Assembly (NCBI RefSeq): GCF_006345805.1
Contig: NW_021833217.1
Coordinates: forward strand, 1 to 28,424
DNA length: 28,424 nt
Origin: Octopus sinensis
Taxonomy: Eukaryota
Direction of reading: 5' to 3'
Shown here: positions 1-11,336 of the stretch, piece after piece
Numbering within the stretch: position 1 is the first letter of the stretch
Layout: every line of letters starts with the position of its first letter
Notes under the pieces: model-generated
What the model was told of the DNA's origin: nothing
Database searches by the model: none
The model's input: only the letters and a program-made list of their open reading frames with translations
Position numbers and translations under genes: made by a program

Positions 1-868
1 CATATATATATATGCATACATACATTTCTTATGTTTTATATTTTATATTTCCTATTTTGAATTTTCTTTAATTTTTCTTCTGAACGTTTGTCCTCCAGTT
101 TGATGTTGTAGTTGTTAAAGTACTCCTCAACATTGTTCAACAAGTGAGTCTTTTTCGTTTTTAATGGTATTTTTCCACTGCCATAGCTGCAGCTATTTTC
201 GTTGCTTTGTTTTGCATAATCATTTTCCTAATGTCTGTTGACTTCGCCTTTTTTTTTCTTATTATTTCACATTCGTATTTGTCGAATTTTCTTATTATTG
301 TTCTTATATTTTGTGGTCGTTTTGTGTTGTAATTGTGGTCATGACTATACAAGTAATGCCGGTGGTGGTGGTCGTTGTGGGGTTGGAGTTTTGTGTTATT
401 TCTTGACAATCTTTTTGGCTTTTTTATGTTATTGTTATTTAGTGTGTTTGTAAATAGATTTGTAAGAATAAATACCAGCAGAGAGACAGAGACAGAGAGA
501 GATATGCCAGAACAGAGGGAAGTCTACATAGACATCTTGGAGAAGGGAAAGTGCAGAGAAACTTTCGGATGTGTGTATTTTTTTCTCTTTGACTCAATGA
601 CTGCGTGTCTTTGCGTGAGTGCATAATATATAATGAAGTAAAAGACGGCAGATAGTATATAGAAAAATGTATATGTTTTGTACATATCCTTGTTAGAACT
701 GACGAAATTAATACACAGACAGAGTGAGGGATGAACAGAGAGAAAGGAGCAGAGAGTGAGCAAGTATATCTGCTCATGTATAGGTTTGCACACGCACACA
801 AGAACAAGACATACCCCATATATATATATATATTATATATAATATATATTATATAATATATATATATA

Positions 869-920
<52 letters not shown>

Positions 921-1089
921 AACTAGGGTTCAGCAAAAAAATTTACTTTACCATACACCGAACTTTTAGAAATAGCAGCCCAAAAATTTAGCTATTTCCT
1001 CTACTATAAGAAAAGTCTCCCAGACAATGTATACTCAAAAATAATTACGTAGGTATAGAGGGAAAAATAACGAAAGATCACTCGTACAT

Positions 1090-1124
<35 letters not shown>

Positions 1125-1129
<5 letters not shown>

Positions 1130-1351
1130 CTTTACTACCCACAAGGGGCTAGACACAGAGGGGACAAACAAGGACAGACAAACGGATTAAGTCGATTACA
1201 TCGACCCCAGTGCGAAACTGGTACTTAATTTATCGACCCGAAAGGATGACTGGCTCAGTCGACCTCGGCGGAATTTGAACTCGGAACGTACGACGGACGA
1301 AATACAGCTACGCATTTCGCCCGGCGTTCTAACGTTTCTGCCAGCTCGCCT

Positions 1352-1352
<1 letters not shown>
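1125..1352 (-). mobile_element. tRNA-derived SINE (octopus-type), near full length
   Basis: Minus strand reads GGCGAGCTGGCAGAAACGTTAG (A-box-like), then GTTCAAATTCC (B box, 1270-1280), a central TCATCCTTTCGGGTCGATAAATTAAGTACCAG block, and a tail ending in (TA)n. Confidence 0.8.
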
Positions 1353-1408
<56 letters not shown>

Positions 1409-1455
1409 CATACATATATAATATATATATATATATTTGTTATTATATATATATT

Positions 1456-1527
<72 letters not shown>

Positions 1528-1630
1528 TTATACATACATACCTACATACATACATATATATATATATATTATATATAATATATATATATATAATCATACA
1601 TATATATATATATATACTCATACATACACT

Positions 1631-1786
1631 ACCGGTACTCCGTCTGTCACGACATTGCCTTTCATCCTTTCGGGGTTGATAAATTAAGTACCAGTTACGC
1701 ACTGGGGTCAATGTAATCGACTTAATCCGTTTGTCTGTCCTTGTTTGTCTTCTCTGTGTTTGGCCCCTTGTGGGTAGTAGGGAAAT
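1631..1786 (+). mobile_element. 5'-deleted copy of the same SINE, inverted relative to 1125-1352
   Basis: 1661-1786 is the reverse complement of 1125-1249 with scattered mismatches; the head is internally deleted. Confidence 0.8.
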
Positions 1787-2087
1787 AGGAATGACGATGG
1801 TGTAGGTGTTTGGCGTAGGACGGAACGGGGGAAGAATATAGGTGACAGAGAGTTAGAAGAGAGAGAGGGGGGGCTAAGGTGGAAAACATTTTTGAGGGTT
1901 TAGTGGAGAAAGAGAGAGGGAAGAAGTAAAAAGACTGGTGGATGGGAAATAGGAGGGGTTGGAAATGAAAGAGGGAAGAGTTAAATGTGAAGGAACGGAG
2001 AAAGAAAGAAGAGAGAAAGAGAGAGAGGGAGACGTGGAGGAAGAGAAAGATTTTACGCAAAAAACGTATAGAGATTAGATGCGCAAG

Positions 2088-2129
<42 letters not shown>

Positions 2130-2407
2130 GGAAAATATGACAGAGAGAGAATGAAAGAGTGAGAGAGAAAAAAGGAAAAAATATGTGTGATAGAGAAAAT
2201 GGAGTGAAGGATTTAATGAAAAAGAAGTAGAAGGAGAGAGAGAGAGAGGAGATAGTGTGTGTGTCAGAGAGAGAGGGAGAGGGGAGATAGTGTGTGTGTG
2301 TGAATGAGAGAGACAGACAGACAGAGTGAGAGAGAAAGAAAGGGAAAGAGAAAAATAGAGGAAGCGAAGTAGAAATTTCGTTGAAGAAAAAACAAAAGAA
2401 AGAATAT

Positions 2408-2424
2408 CTATGTATCTGTCTTTG

Positions 2425-2490
<66 letters not shown>

Positions 2491-2530
2491 CCTACCTACC
2501 TGTCTGTCTGTCTGTCTGTCTTTCTATCTA
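2408..2530. repeat. (TATC)n/(TGTC)n microsatellite
   Basis: Direct reading of the tetranucleotide array, followed by (TA)n. Confidence 0.95.
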
Positions 2531-2532
2531 TC

Positions 2533-2593
<61 letters not shown>

Positions 2594-2683
2594 ACATATA
2601 CATAAGCACCTGTGTGTATGTGTAAAATCACGTATTTTTAGGTGTACTTCAGTATTGTTTGAATTTATAAGTAGTAATGTATT

Positions 2684-2720
<37 letters not shown>

Positions 2721-3395
2721 AAATGTATACTTGTGTGTGTTTGTGCGTGCCTTTGTTCGTATATGTGTGGCCTTATGCACGTGAAGCAAACAGGATATTC
2801 GTAGCTATAAGCATAGATATCTGACCCGCTACTAAGATAATAAAAACAGGAAAAAATGATTTTATACTGGGGCATTATAAAGGCCACAATTTAAAATTTA
2901 GAATTTTGTATACATTTAGTTTTATTATATATCGTAAAAATAATCGTTAAATGCGTTTAGCTGAATTGTGCATCTCTGTCGTTATCATCAAACAAAAAAT
3001 ATATTACGATCATTTATTGATTTTTAAAAATTTAATAATTGCTTGAAATTTATTTTACGAGGACATGTAAAGACTACTGTTGATTCTATATTCTACTAAA
3101 CTTAATTCTGTAGGTGACTTTCAGGGTTAAGAGAACTAATGTGAATCAGTGTAGAAATTAAAATCGAGTGCACAAGATATTTTTAGAAGTTCACTAACGA
3201 ATCACGGTTTGTATATTATAAACACTGCAGCCATGTTGAAAATTAACGTGATCCAACCTGAAATCGATTTGTAGATGTAACAGGCTGAATAGCTTAACCT
3301 TTTCACAAATAATTTTATCACCTACATAATTATGCATTTATGCACGTGCCTGTGGGTGTATGTGTGCGTGTATATACATACATACATACACACAC

Positions 3396-3434
<39 letters not shown>

Positions 3435-4607
3435 TGAGAATGTGTGTCTGTGTGTTTCCCTAAAACTTGAGAACCACACAACCAATTTCATTCAAATTTT
3501 ACACATGCCTTACTTAGGGTCCATGTAGTTTCATGGGCAAAAAGAATGTTTAACTTCTTGCCTAGAACGAGCCCATAGCAATATCATATCTTCTCCACTA
3601 TTTCAGTATTATGTGTTAAAAGTGAAACAAAACTATTTCTCTATTTTATGTCAGATGCTTTCACTTTAACAATAAAAATAATAATAACAATTGAATTATA
3701 TGTAGTAAGTAATAATTAAAATCAAACTAAAGTATAATATAATCGTAACATACAAAAGTAAAAATAGCAATTTGTATAAAATTGCATCAATGATTTGAAC
3801 TTGAATAAGTGGATTCACATGAATGGGAATAAGTTAAAAATATAATTAGCGTGCAGAAATGGAATAGTCCAGATGGATAATAAAAAATTAAATTAAAGAA
3901 AAGACTATTGTATATAAAGTAAACAATCTAGAAAAAAAAGAAGAGCTAACAATGCCAGTCTGTTATATATTTTGAGTATTGTTATCACTAGCGATATCAA
4001 GATATAACTTTGTATTGTGCATTTTATGTGTAGATGTATATATATAGATGTACATGTAATATGTACTCATATATATATACACATATATACGGCAACGACG
4101 GGTCTTTAATGCTAGTATATATATATAAGAAATTCACTCGTGAATTTCATCACACACAACATGGAGAAAATTTCTTCTTAAGAAAAATATATATTCAAAT
4201 AAGTAAAACATAATATCATGAACAGCGATGGCGAAACCGATCGATATATCAAAAGTTATATTAAAACTATGTAAGTGAGCGTATTTTCCTTTTTTAATTT
4301 CTTATATACATTACAACTCACCACGTGGGGATAATCAAAATTCCTCTTTTCTCTTACTATATATATAACGCGGAGTAGACGAAACAGGGACAACTGAAGA
4401 AGGGGAATATTCCTTGTGTTGCATGTCTTGTACTCTGTTTTCTCGTTGTTTGAAAAAAAGTTCGTTTCCATGCTTTTTTTATGTTTTCGTTTCTCATGGT
4501 GTTCAACGTTTTTTTTTATATCCTTTACCCATATATGCATCTATATATACATATAGATGTTGGTATGTACATATATGTATATATATATGCATATATTTAT
4601 ATATTTT

Positions 4608-4669
<62 letters not shown>

Positions 4670-4670
4670 T

Positions 4671-5072
4671 ATTATATTAAATTAGAGATAAAACCACTAT
4701 TAGGCAAATCAAACAATGAAAATCTTAAGCCAATACATAAAATTAATTAATTTATATTATTTTAAATATATATCAAAATTATTAAACGTTTAATAAATGA
4801 TAATGAGTAAAACACTACGATCATTTCATGGCTGTCCAATTCGTAATAATTCGAGTTATGGTTACTGAAGATTGACTGTAACCATAACTCGAATTATTAC
4901 GAATTGGACCGCCATGAAACGATCGTAGTGTTTTACTCATTATCTTTTATTAAACTTTTAATAATTTTGATATATATTTAAAATAATATAAATTAATTAA
5001 TTTTATGTATTGGCTTAAGATTTTCATTGTTTGATTTGCCTAATAGTGGTTTTATCTCTAATTTAATATAAT
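4671..5072. repeat. Near-perfect palindrome, 195-bp arms, 12-nt loop
   Basis: Arms are 4671-4865 and 4878-5072, loop TGAAGATTGACT. I count 4 mismatches between the arms. Confidence 0.95.
4865..4932 (+). ncRNA. Truncated or degenerate type I hammerhead core (PLE pLTR-type)
   Basis: CTGAAGA 4865-4871 and GAAAC-GATC-GTA 4916-4927 (palindromic stem III). Stem II is imperfect, and the 5' strand of stem I is replaced by the inverted arm. Confidence 0.55.
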
Positions 5073-5469
5073 ATAATATTTTACTATAAAATTGGATTCA
5101 ATCCTAAATCTGAATTTTCCCTGTAAGTTTGGATTTATTCCCTAATATTTTATTATATATATATATATAATATCTTGGAGCTTTGACATTTCACTGTTGT
5201 GGTAGTTTATTTTTATAATGACATTGTAGAATAGTTGTGAAGGTCCAGATCTGCCCACTTTGAATATGTAGCAAATATAATATTTTAGCTAGTTTTGGCC
5301 GATTTAAATGTTAAAGGGTTCGGAAAAACATGAAAAATATGGATGATTGTAAGATTTGACCGGAAACCTTGCGCAATGCAATTGTTTTCTATAAGAATGT
5401 AAGTCCACAGAAACTACAGACATACACGAGGGGAAAAGATTAAAAAGGCAGATACACAGACACTTATTT

Positions 5470-5625
5470 GCAGGCTTGGCTTTGTGGTTAAGACGCTTGT
5501 TTTGCAACCACATGTTTTCGGGTTCAATCCCACTAGCAACAAGTGTCTTCTGTTATAGCCCTGAACCACAAACGCCTTTCCTTTTCAGTGAATTGTACAG
5601 AAAGGAACTATGTGGAAGCCGGTAA
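5470..5625 (+). mobile_element. tRNA-derived SINE, 5' part
   Basis: A-box-like TGGCTTTGTGG 5477-5487, B box GGGTTCAATCCC 5520-5531, then AAGTGTCTTCTGTTATAGCC, as in the full copy at 22988-23398. Confidence 0.75.
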
Positions 5626-5632
5626 TATATAT

Positions 5633-5685
<53 letters not shown>

Positions 5686-5769
5686 TACCGGCTTCCACAT
5701 AGTTCCTTTCTGTATATATATATATATATTTCATCAAAAACAATTAAGATTAAAAATAATTCAAATGAA

Positions 5770-6073
5770 TTCAAATGAATATGGTACTTAACTTAGATGC
5801 ATCAAGATTCTCTATGGTATTAACCATGAAATTATGTGGGGTGATTATAACCATGGAAAAAGCAACAAGAATGGATCGGTAGATTAGTACCATTGTTTCA
5901 TACTAAAAACATTTAACTTAATATTACAGCAAATAAGAATATATGGAAAACCTATATGTGATTTAGCTGATGAATACTTGACATTATATTTGCTGTAATA
6001 TTTGCAGCTTGAAATTAAATGTTTTTAGTATGAAACAATTGTACTAATCTACCGATCCATTCTTTTGCTTTTT
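5770..6073. mobile_element. Fold-back hammerhead module (non-coding PLE-pLTR-like remnant)
   Basis: Arms 5857-5934 and 5987-6073 are inverted. 5770-5900 is homologous to the reverse complement of 20250-20386. Both flanks are (TA)n. Confidence 0.75.
5958..6052 (+). ncRNA. Type I hammerhead ribozyme with extended stem II
   Basis: Stem I GATTTAG/CTAATC; CTGATGA 5967-5973; stem II ATACT/AGTAT with an inner GCTGTAA/TTGCAGC hairpin; GAAAC-AATT-GTA 6032-6043; predicted cleavage after 6043. Confidence 0.75.
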
Positions 6074-6120
6074 TCTTAGTTATATATATATATATATATA
6101 TACATACATTCTTTTAAATG

Positions 6121-6252
6121 TTTACTTGTTTCAGTCATTTGACTGCAGCCATGCTAGAGCACTGCCTTAAATGGATTTAGTCAAAGAAATCTACCGCAGG
6201 AATTTATTCTTTGTAAGCCTACTACTTATTCTATGGGTCTCTTTTGCCGAGA
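6121..6252 (-). mobile_element. SINE 3' part (family of 22988-23398)
   Basis: TTTACTTGTTTCAGTCATTTGACTGC...TACTTATTCTAT..GTCTCTTTTGCCGAG matches 22997-23122. Confidence 0.8.
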
Positions 6253-6355
6253 TGAAATATAGGAAAAATTATGATAAATGCAATGTACTGCTTTTATTAT
6301 TTCTTTCTCTACGTACGTGTCGATATTGTAATAATTTCTAACTTTTGCTGTAGAT

Positions 6356-6672
6356 GTTTGTTTGTTTGTTGAGCGAAGCGGTCTTCGTGGGAGAAGTCCA
6401 AAACGTGGTCCTTTGCTATTCGTAAGACCAGCAGAAGAGAAGGCAGGTCAACCCCCCGACACCGAGAGCATCGACGGATGAATGAATGCGCATCCAGGCT
6501 CAGCGGTTGTGTAGGAAGTCGGGGATAAGAAACAGGAAGAAAGATTGAGAGAAAGTTGGCGCGAAAGAGTACAACAGGGGTCGCCACCACCCCCTGTTGG
6601 AGTCACGTGGAGCTTTAGGTGTTTTGGCTCAAGAAACACACACAACGCCCTGGTCTGGGAATCCAAACCGCC
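6356..6672 (-). mobile_element. SINE with (CAAA)n tail, head truncated
   Basis: Minus strand has a degenerate B box (GGTTTGGATTCCCAGACC), a CORE-like TTCTTGAGCCAAAACAC and a (CAAA)n 3' tail at 6356-6368. Confidence 0.6.
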
Positions 6673-6731
6673 TTTCTCTATCTATCTGTCTGTCTGTCTC
6701 TTTCTCCCTCTCTTTCTCTTACCCCCTCTTG

Positions 6732-6771
<40 letters not shown>

Positions 6772-7783
6772 TATATATATAGAGAGAGAGAGAGAGAGAA
6801 AGTGAGAGAGCGGGGAGAAATAGAGAGAAACACCTATCCATCTTTCTATCTGTGTTACAAACACACACACATATACATATCTGTCACCTCTCTCTCTCTC
6901 TCTCTACGTGTATGCATGCGTGTATGTGCATGTATGTGTATTTGTGTGTGTGTGTGTGTCTGTGTGTATCTGACTGCCTACCTATTTGTCTGTCAGCTTA
7001 TCTTTCTGTCTGCTTATCTATCTGCAGCATTTTAATGCTTTCTTTTCTTCCTGATCTATATCATTCCCCTTATTTGATATTCCCACATCCCTCCTCCTTC
7101 ACTGCTTCTCTCTTAACTGCTTTATTCTCCTTTTCCTTTTGCATACTTCGTTGTTACATCACTTCTCCTCCCACCACTTCCTATACTTTATTACCACTAT
7201 TTTTTCCCTTATCTTCTTCCAACCTTCTCTTTCCAAATCGTTCCTCATTTTATCACGCCTTTCTTACCCGAACTTTTTCTTTCGCTTTCTCATCTTCCCT
7301 ATTTTTAATTTTTTTCCTTTTTCTACACTTTATTCTCTTCGCTATTTCTTTCATTTCCCCATCCGTAATCCTTCGTTCTTTCATCACGTAGTATATGCAC
7401 ATCACTTCAGTCTCTCCCCCTCTCTCAATCTCTTCTTCTCTCTCTTCGTATCTGTCTGTTTGTCTGTCTCTCTTTGCCCTTCTTCCACGCTCTTTCCTCG
7501 TGGTACTCCCTTTCTGGTTATCATTTACATCTCTCTCTCTCACTTTCTTACAACTTCGCCTCCTTACTTTTCTTATTTACTCTTCATTTGTCCTTTAAAC
7601 ACACACACACACACACACACACATACACACATATATATTATTTACATTTTCATCTTATTTTTCTTTTTCTTCTCTTCTTTCTTGATTTATTCTGATTTCA
7701 CTAAAACTTTTTTGATATACGTTCCTTTGTTTCCTGATCCAACATTTATTTTTTTTCCATCTTATCCTCATTTCTGCGAGAAT

Positions 7784-7785
<2 letters not shown>

Positions 7786-7868
<83 letters not shown>

Positions 7869-8005
7869 AATCATCACTATTACTTCATCATCGTCAACAT
7901 TCTCCTCATCATCATCCCCATCATGATCGTCATCATCATCACCATCATGATCGTCATCATCATGATTATCACCATCAGCATCATATTCATTGCATCACCG
8001 TTATC

Positions 8006-8043
<38 letters not shown>

Positions 8044-8590
8044 TATCATCATCATCATTATTATTATTATCATCATTCTTCTTCTTCTTCTTATTATTAT
8101 TATTATCATCATTATTATTATTATTATTATCATCATTATTATTATTATTATTATCATCATTATTATTATTATTATTATCACTATTACCTCATCATCAATA
8201 TCCTCACCTCCTCCTCATCATCTTCGTCAACGTCATCATCATCTTCATCATCATCATCATCATTATCGTCATCTTCTTCTTCGTCGTCGTCGTCGTCGTC
8301 GTCATCATCATCACCATCACTGTTATCATCATCATCATTATCATCATCATTCTTCCTCTTCTTCTTATTATTATTATCATCATTATTATTATTATTATCA
8401 CTATTACCTCATTATCAATATCCTCTCCTCCTCATCATCATCATCTTCGTCAACGTCATCACCATCTTCATCATCATCATCATCATCATCATTATCGTCA
8501 TCTTCTTCTTCGTCGTCGTCGTCCTCGTCGTCATCATCATCACCATCACCGTTATCATCTTCATCATAATCATCATCATCATCATGATTA
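7786..8590. repeat. (TTA)n/(TCA)n/(TCG)n trinucleotide array with ~220-bp higher-order duplication
   Basis: Marker CACTATTACCTCAT recurs at about 8179 and 8400 with the same succession of triplet blocks. Confidence 0.9.
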
Positions 8591-8732
8591 TTACGTTCCT
8601 CCACTCCCCCACCCCCATCGGTTTCATTTTCTTTTTTTTTGTGTCTTTTCATCCTCATTTGCTCATGATGTCATCATAGATGCCTGTGTTGACTTTGAAG
8701 TGATCGCATATGTTTGCTGTTGTTTTTGTTGC

Positions 8733-8764
<32 letters not shown>

Positions 8765-9029
8765 TGTTACTGCTATCCTTGTTGTTGTTGTTGTTGTTGT
8801 TGCTAACGATCATGATGTTTATGTTGCAACCGTCTTTGTTGTTGATGGTGTTGTTGTTGTTGTTGTTGTCGGTTGTGGTGTATTTGTTGTTGCTCTTCTT
8901 ATTTACCGTTGTTTTAATTTGTTTATATATTTTATATTAGTCTGTCTGTTTTTTGTTTGTTTTTTTTTTTGTTTTTTTGAAATGTAACGCTGTCACATCC
9001 AACTCCACCATTATGAAAACAATATGAGC

Positions 9030-10395
9030 AGCAATATCATCATGATCAAACACAACACCGCCATCTCTGCTTCTTCCATCACCACCACAAGCACCAGTAC
9101 AACAACCACCACCACCACCACCACCACCACCACCGCCAGCGACAGCAACAAGACGACGACAACTACCACCAATACCACTACAACCACCACCATCTCTGCT
9201 TCTATCATCACCACCACAAGCACCGGTACAAACACAACCACCACCACCAGCAACAGCAACAAAACAACGACAACTACCACCATTACCACCACCATCACTA
9301 CAACCAGCACTACTAACACCATCACACCATCACACTATCACTTCTACCACCACTACTACCGCCGTCACAACACACCAGCATCACAGCCACTACCACCAAT
9401 ACAACCACCACCAGCGACAGCAACAAAACGACGACAACTACCACCATTACCACCACCACCACTACAACCACCACCACTAACACCATCACACTATCACTTC
9501 TACCACCACTACTACCACCATCACAAGACATCAGCATCACCACCACAAGCACCTGTACAACAACAACCACCACCACCACCACCACCAGCGACAGCAACAA
9601 AACGACGACAACTACCACCATTACCACCACCACTAACATCATCACACTATCACTTCTACCACCACTACTACCACCATCACAAAACATCAGCATCACCACC
9701 ACAAGCACCAGTACAACAACAACCACCACCGCTAGCGACATCAACAAGACGACAACAACTACTACCAATATCACCACCACCACTACAACCAGCACCACTA
9801 ACACCATCACACTATCACTTCTACCACCACTACTACCACCATCACAACACATCAGCATCACAGCCACTACCACCAGTACAACCACCACCACCACCAGCGA
9901 CAGCAACAAAACGACAACTACCACCAATACCACCACCATTACAACCAGTACCACTAACACCATCACACTATCACTTCTACCACCATTACCACCACCATCA
10001 CAACACACCAAGCATCACCACCACAAGCACCAGTACAACAACAACCACCACCGCTAGCAACAGCAACAAGACGACGACAACTACCACCAATACCATCACC
10101 ACCAATACCACCACCACCAATACAACCACCACTAACACCATCACACTATCACTTCTACCACCATCACAACACACCAGCATCACTACCACAAGCACCAGTA
10201 CAACAACAACCACCACCGCTAGCAACAGCAACAAGACGACGACAACTACCACCAATACCACCACCACCAATACCACCACCACGAATACCATCACCACTAA
10301 CACCATCACACTATCACTTCTACCATCACAACACACCAGCATCACCACCGCTACCTTCAGTATAACCACCACCACCACCACCACCACCACCAGCG
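9030..10395. repeat. CAC/CAA-rich minisatellite, ~156-178-bp unit
   Basis: Marker CACACTATCACTTCTACCA occurs at 9331, 9487, 9643, 9808, 9964, 10142 and 10307. Confidence 0.9.
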
Positions 10396-10964
10396 ACATT
10401 TCTCTTCTAGCGCAGACTTAAACTGCTCAAGCTTCTCGCAGTAGATCCCCTTTGTTATCGTTTGGTCTGGGTTTAAAAGTTGAAAGTGGACTAAACGTTT
10501 CTTATCACACTAAACAGATGACAACACCTTTCGTGGGTGAAGACCTTCTTTAGCCTGGGTTGCCGGTGATTCTCCTTTCCCTGCCCACTGCGTTCAGCGC
10601 TTGACATATTTATATAGAATCCATTTGTCGTCACCAGTCACTATTTGGTCCAAGAAAGGTTTATTGGTGAGGCGTGACAGGAAAGAAGAGCACATATTCA
10701 CTCTCTGTCGCGATTAAACTTGGAAAGTTTGTGAGGAACTCATTGACCTAATTTGCTGAATTATCTGATGGCGCGCAGGTATCAATCAATGGTTGAATAA
10801 CCAAATCAAAAGCTTCTCTGCTAGTTCCTCAATATTTACGACTGGATTTTGTTCCACCAGGGTTTGCAGGACGTTCTCGTTGAGCTCTGCAAATCTTCCA
10901 GGACGATGCTCGTCTTCTAGGCTGTAGTTTCCGGCTCGGAATTTCAGGAATCACCGTTGGCACT

Positions 10965-11336
10965 TTGCGTCCCCAAAGTCCATCCCCTCCTCACCGTGGT
11001 GGGGACGCTGGCAACGGGTAGTGTCAGAGCTATGCCGTCGGGAACTTCGGTTCCTGGTAGGGCCACCCAAGGCGTATTGGCCTGACACCGAGTGGTATTA
11101 GGGCCACAACCCTAATCCTCGGAAAATCCTCGGAGTGTCTGTTTCGGTAACCGGCGGCTCCTCGGTCGTTCTGTCCCTGCGTCTGCGGACAATCTGCGGC
11201 AAACGGGATGTCTCTACATGCGGGATTGGTGGGGACCGCTTCTGAAATCCACATATTCCCACAAAACTTCTTCCATGGTAGAAAAAGCCGACTCACCCCT
11301 CCCAAGGGGAATGTCGCCACAAGTACAAGTACAAGA
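10965..11336 (+). mobile_element. Short non-autonomous RTE-like retroposon (5'UTR-like head plus tandem-repeat tail)
   Basis: Flanked by TGGCACT at 10958-10964 and 11337-11343 (TSD), splitting the mariner C|QRW motif. (CAAGTA)n tail at 11320-11336. The head GAGCTATG...CCTGGTAGGGCCACCCAAGGC resembles RTE-clade 5'UTRs (recognised from memory). Confidence 0.7.
10967..11210 (+). ncRNA. Candidate HDV-like ribozyme
   Basis: The order of elements fits a nested double pseudoknot: P1 GCGTCCCCA 10967-10975/TGGGGACGC 11000-11008; P2 CATCC 10981-10985/GGATG 11206-11210; P3 CCTC/GTGG (one mismatch) around CTCACC; J4/2-like GGCAAAC 11198-11204; GGAAC-TTCG-GTTCC hairpin 11041-11054. Confidence 0.5.

Noticed and set aside
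4090-4115. Helitron 3' end (GC-rich patch then CTAGT)
   Set aside because: No convincing hairpin before CTAG and no matching 5' TC end could be assigned.
7139-8987. Long ORFs of 476, 354 and 229 aa
   Set aside because: Poly-L/I/H/S runs from triplet microsatellites, open in several frames at once, with no domain content.
9331-10325. CRISPR-like repeat-spacer array
   Set aside because: The intervening sequences are homologous low-complexity units, the context is eukaryotic, and there are no cas genes.
9024-10421. 465-aa Thr/Pro/His-rich ORF as a mucin-like gene
   Set aside because: The repeat phase switches within the ORF, the opposite strand is also open, and the end runs into mariner sequence.
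11030-11320. 96-aa minus-strand ORF
   Set aside because: It is antisense to the structured RTE-like insert and shows no protein motif.
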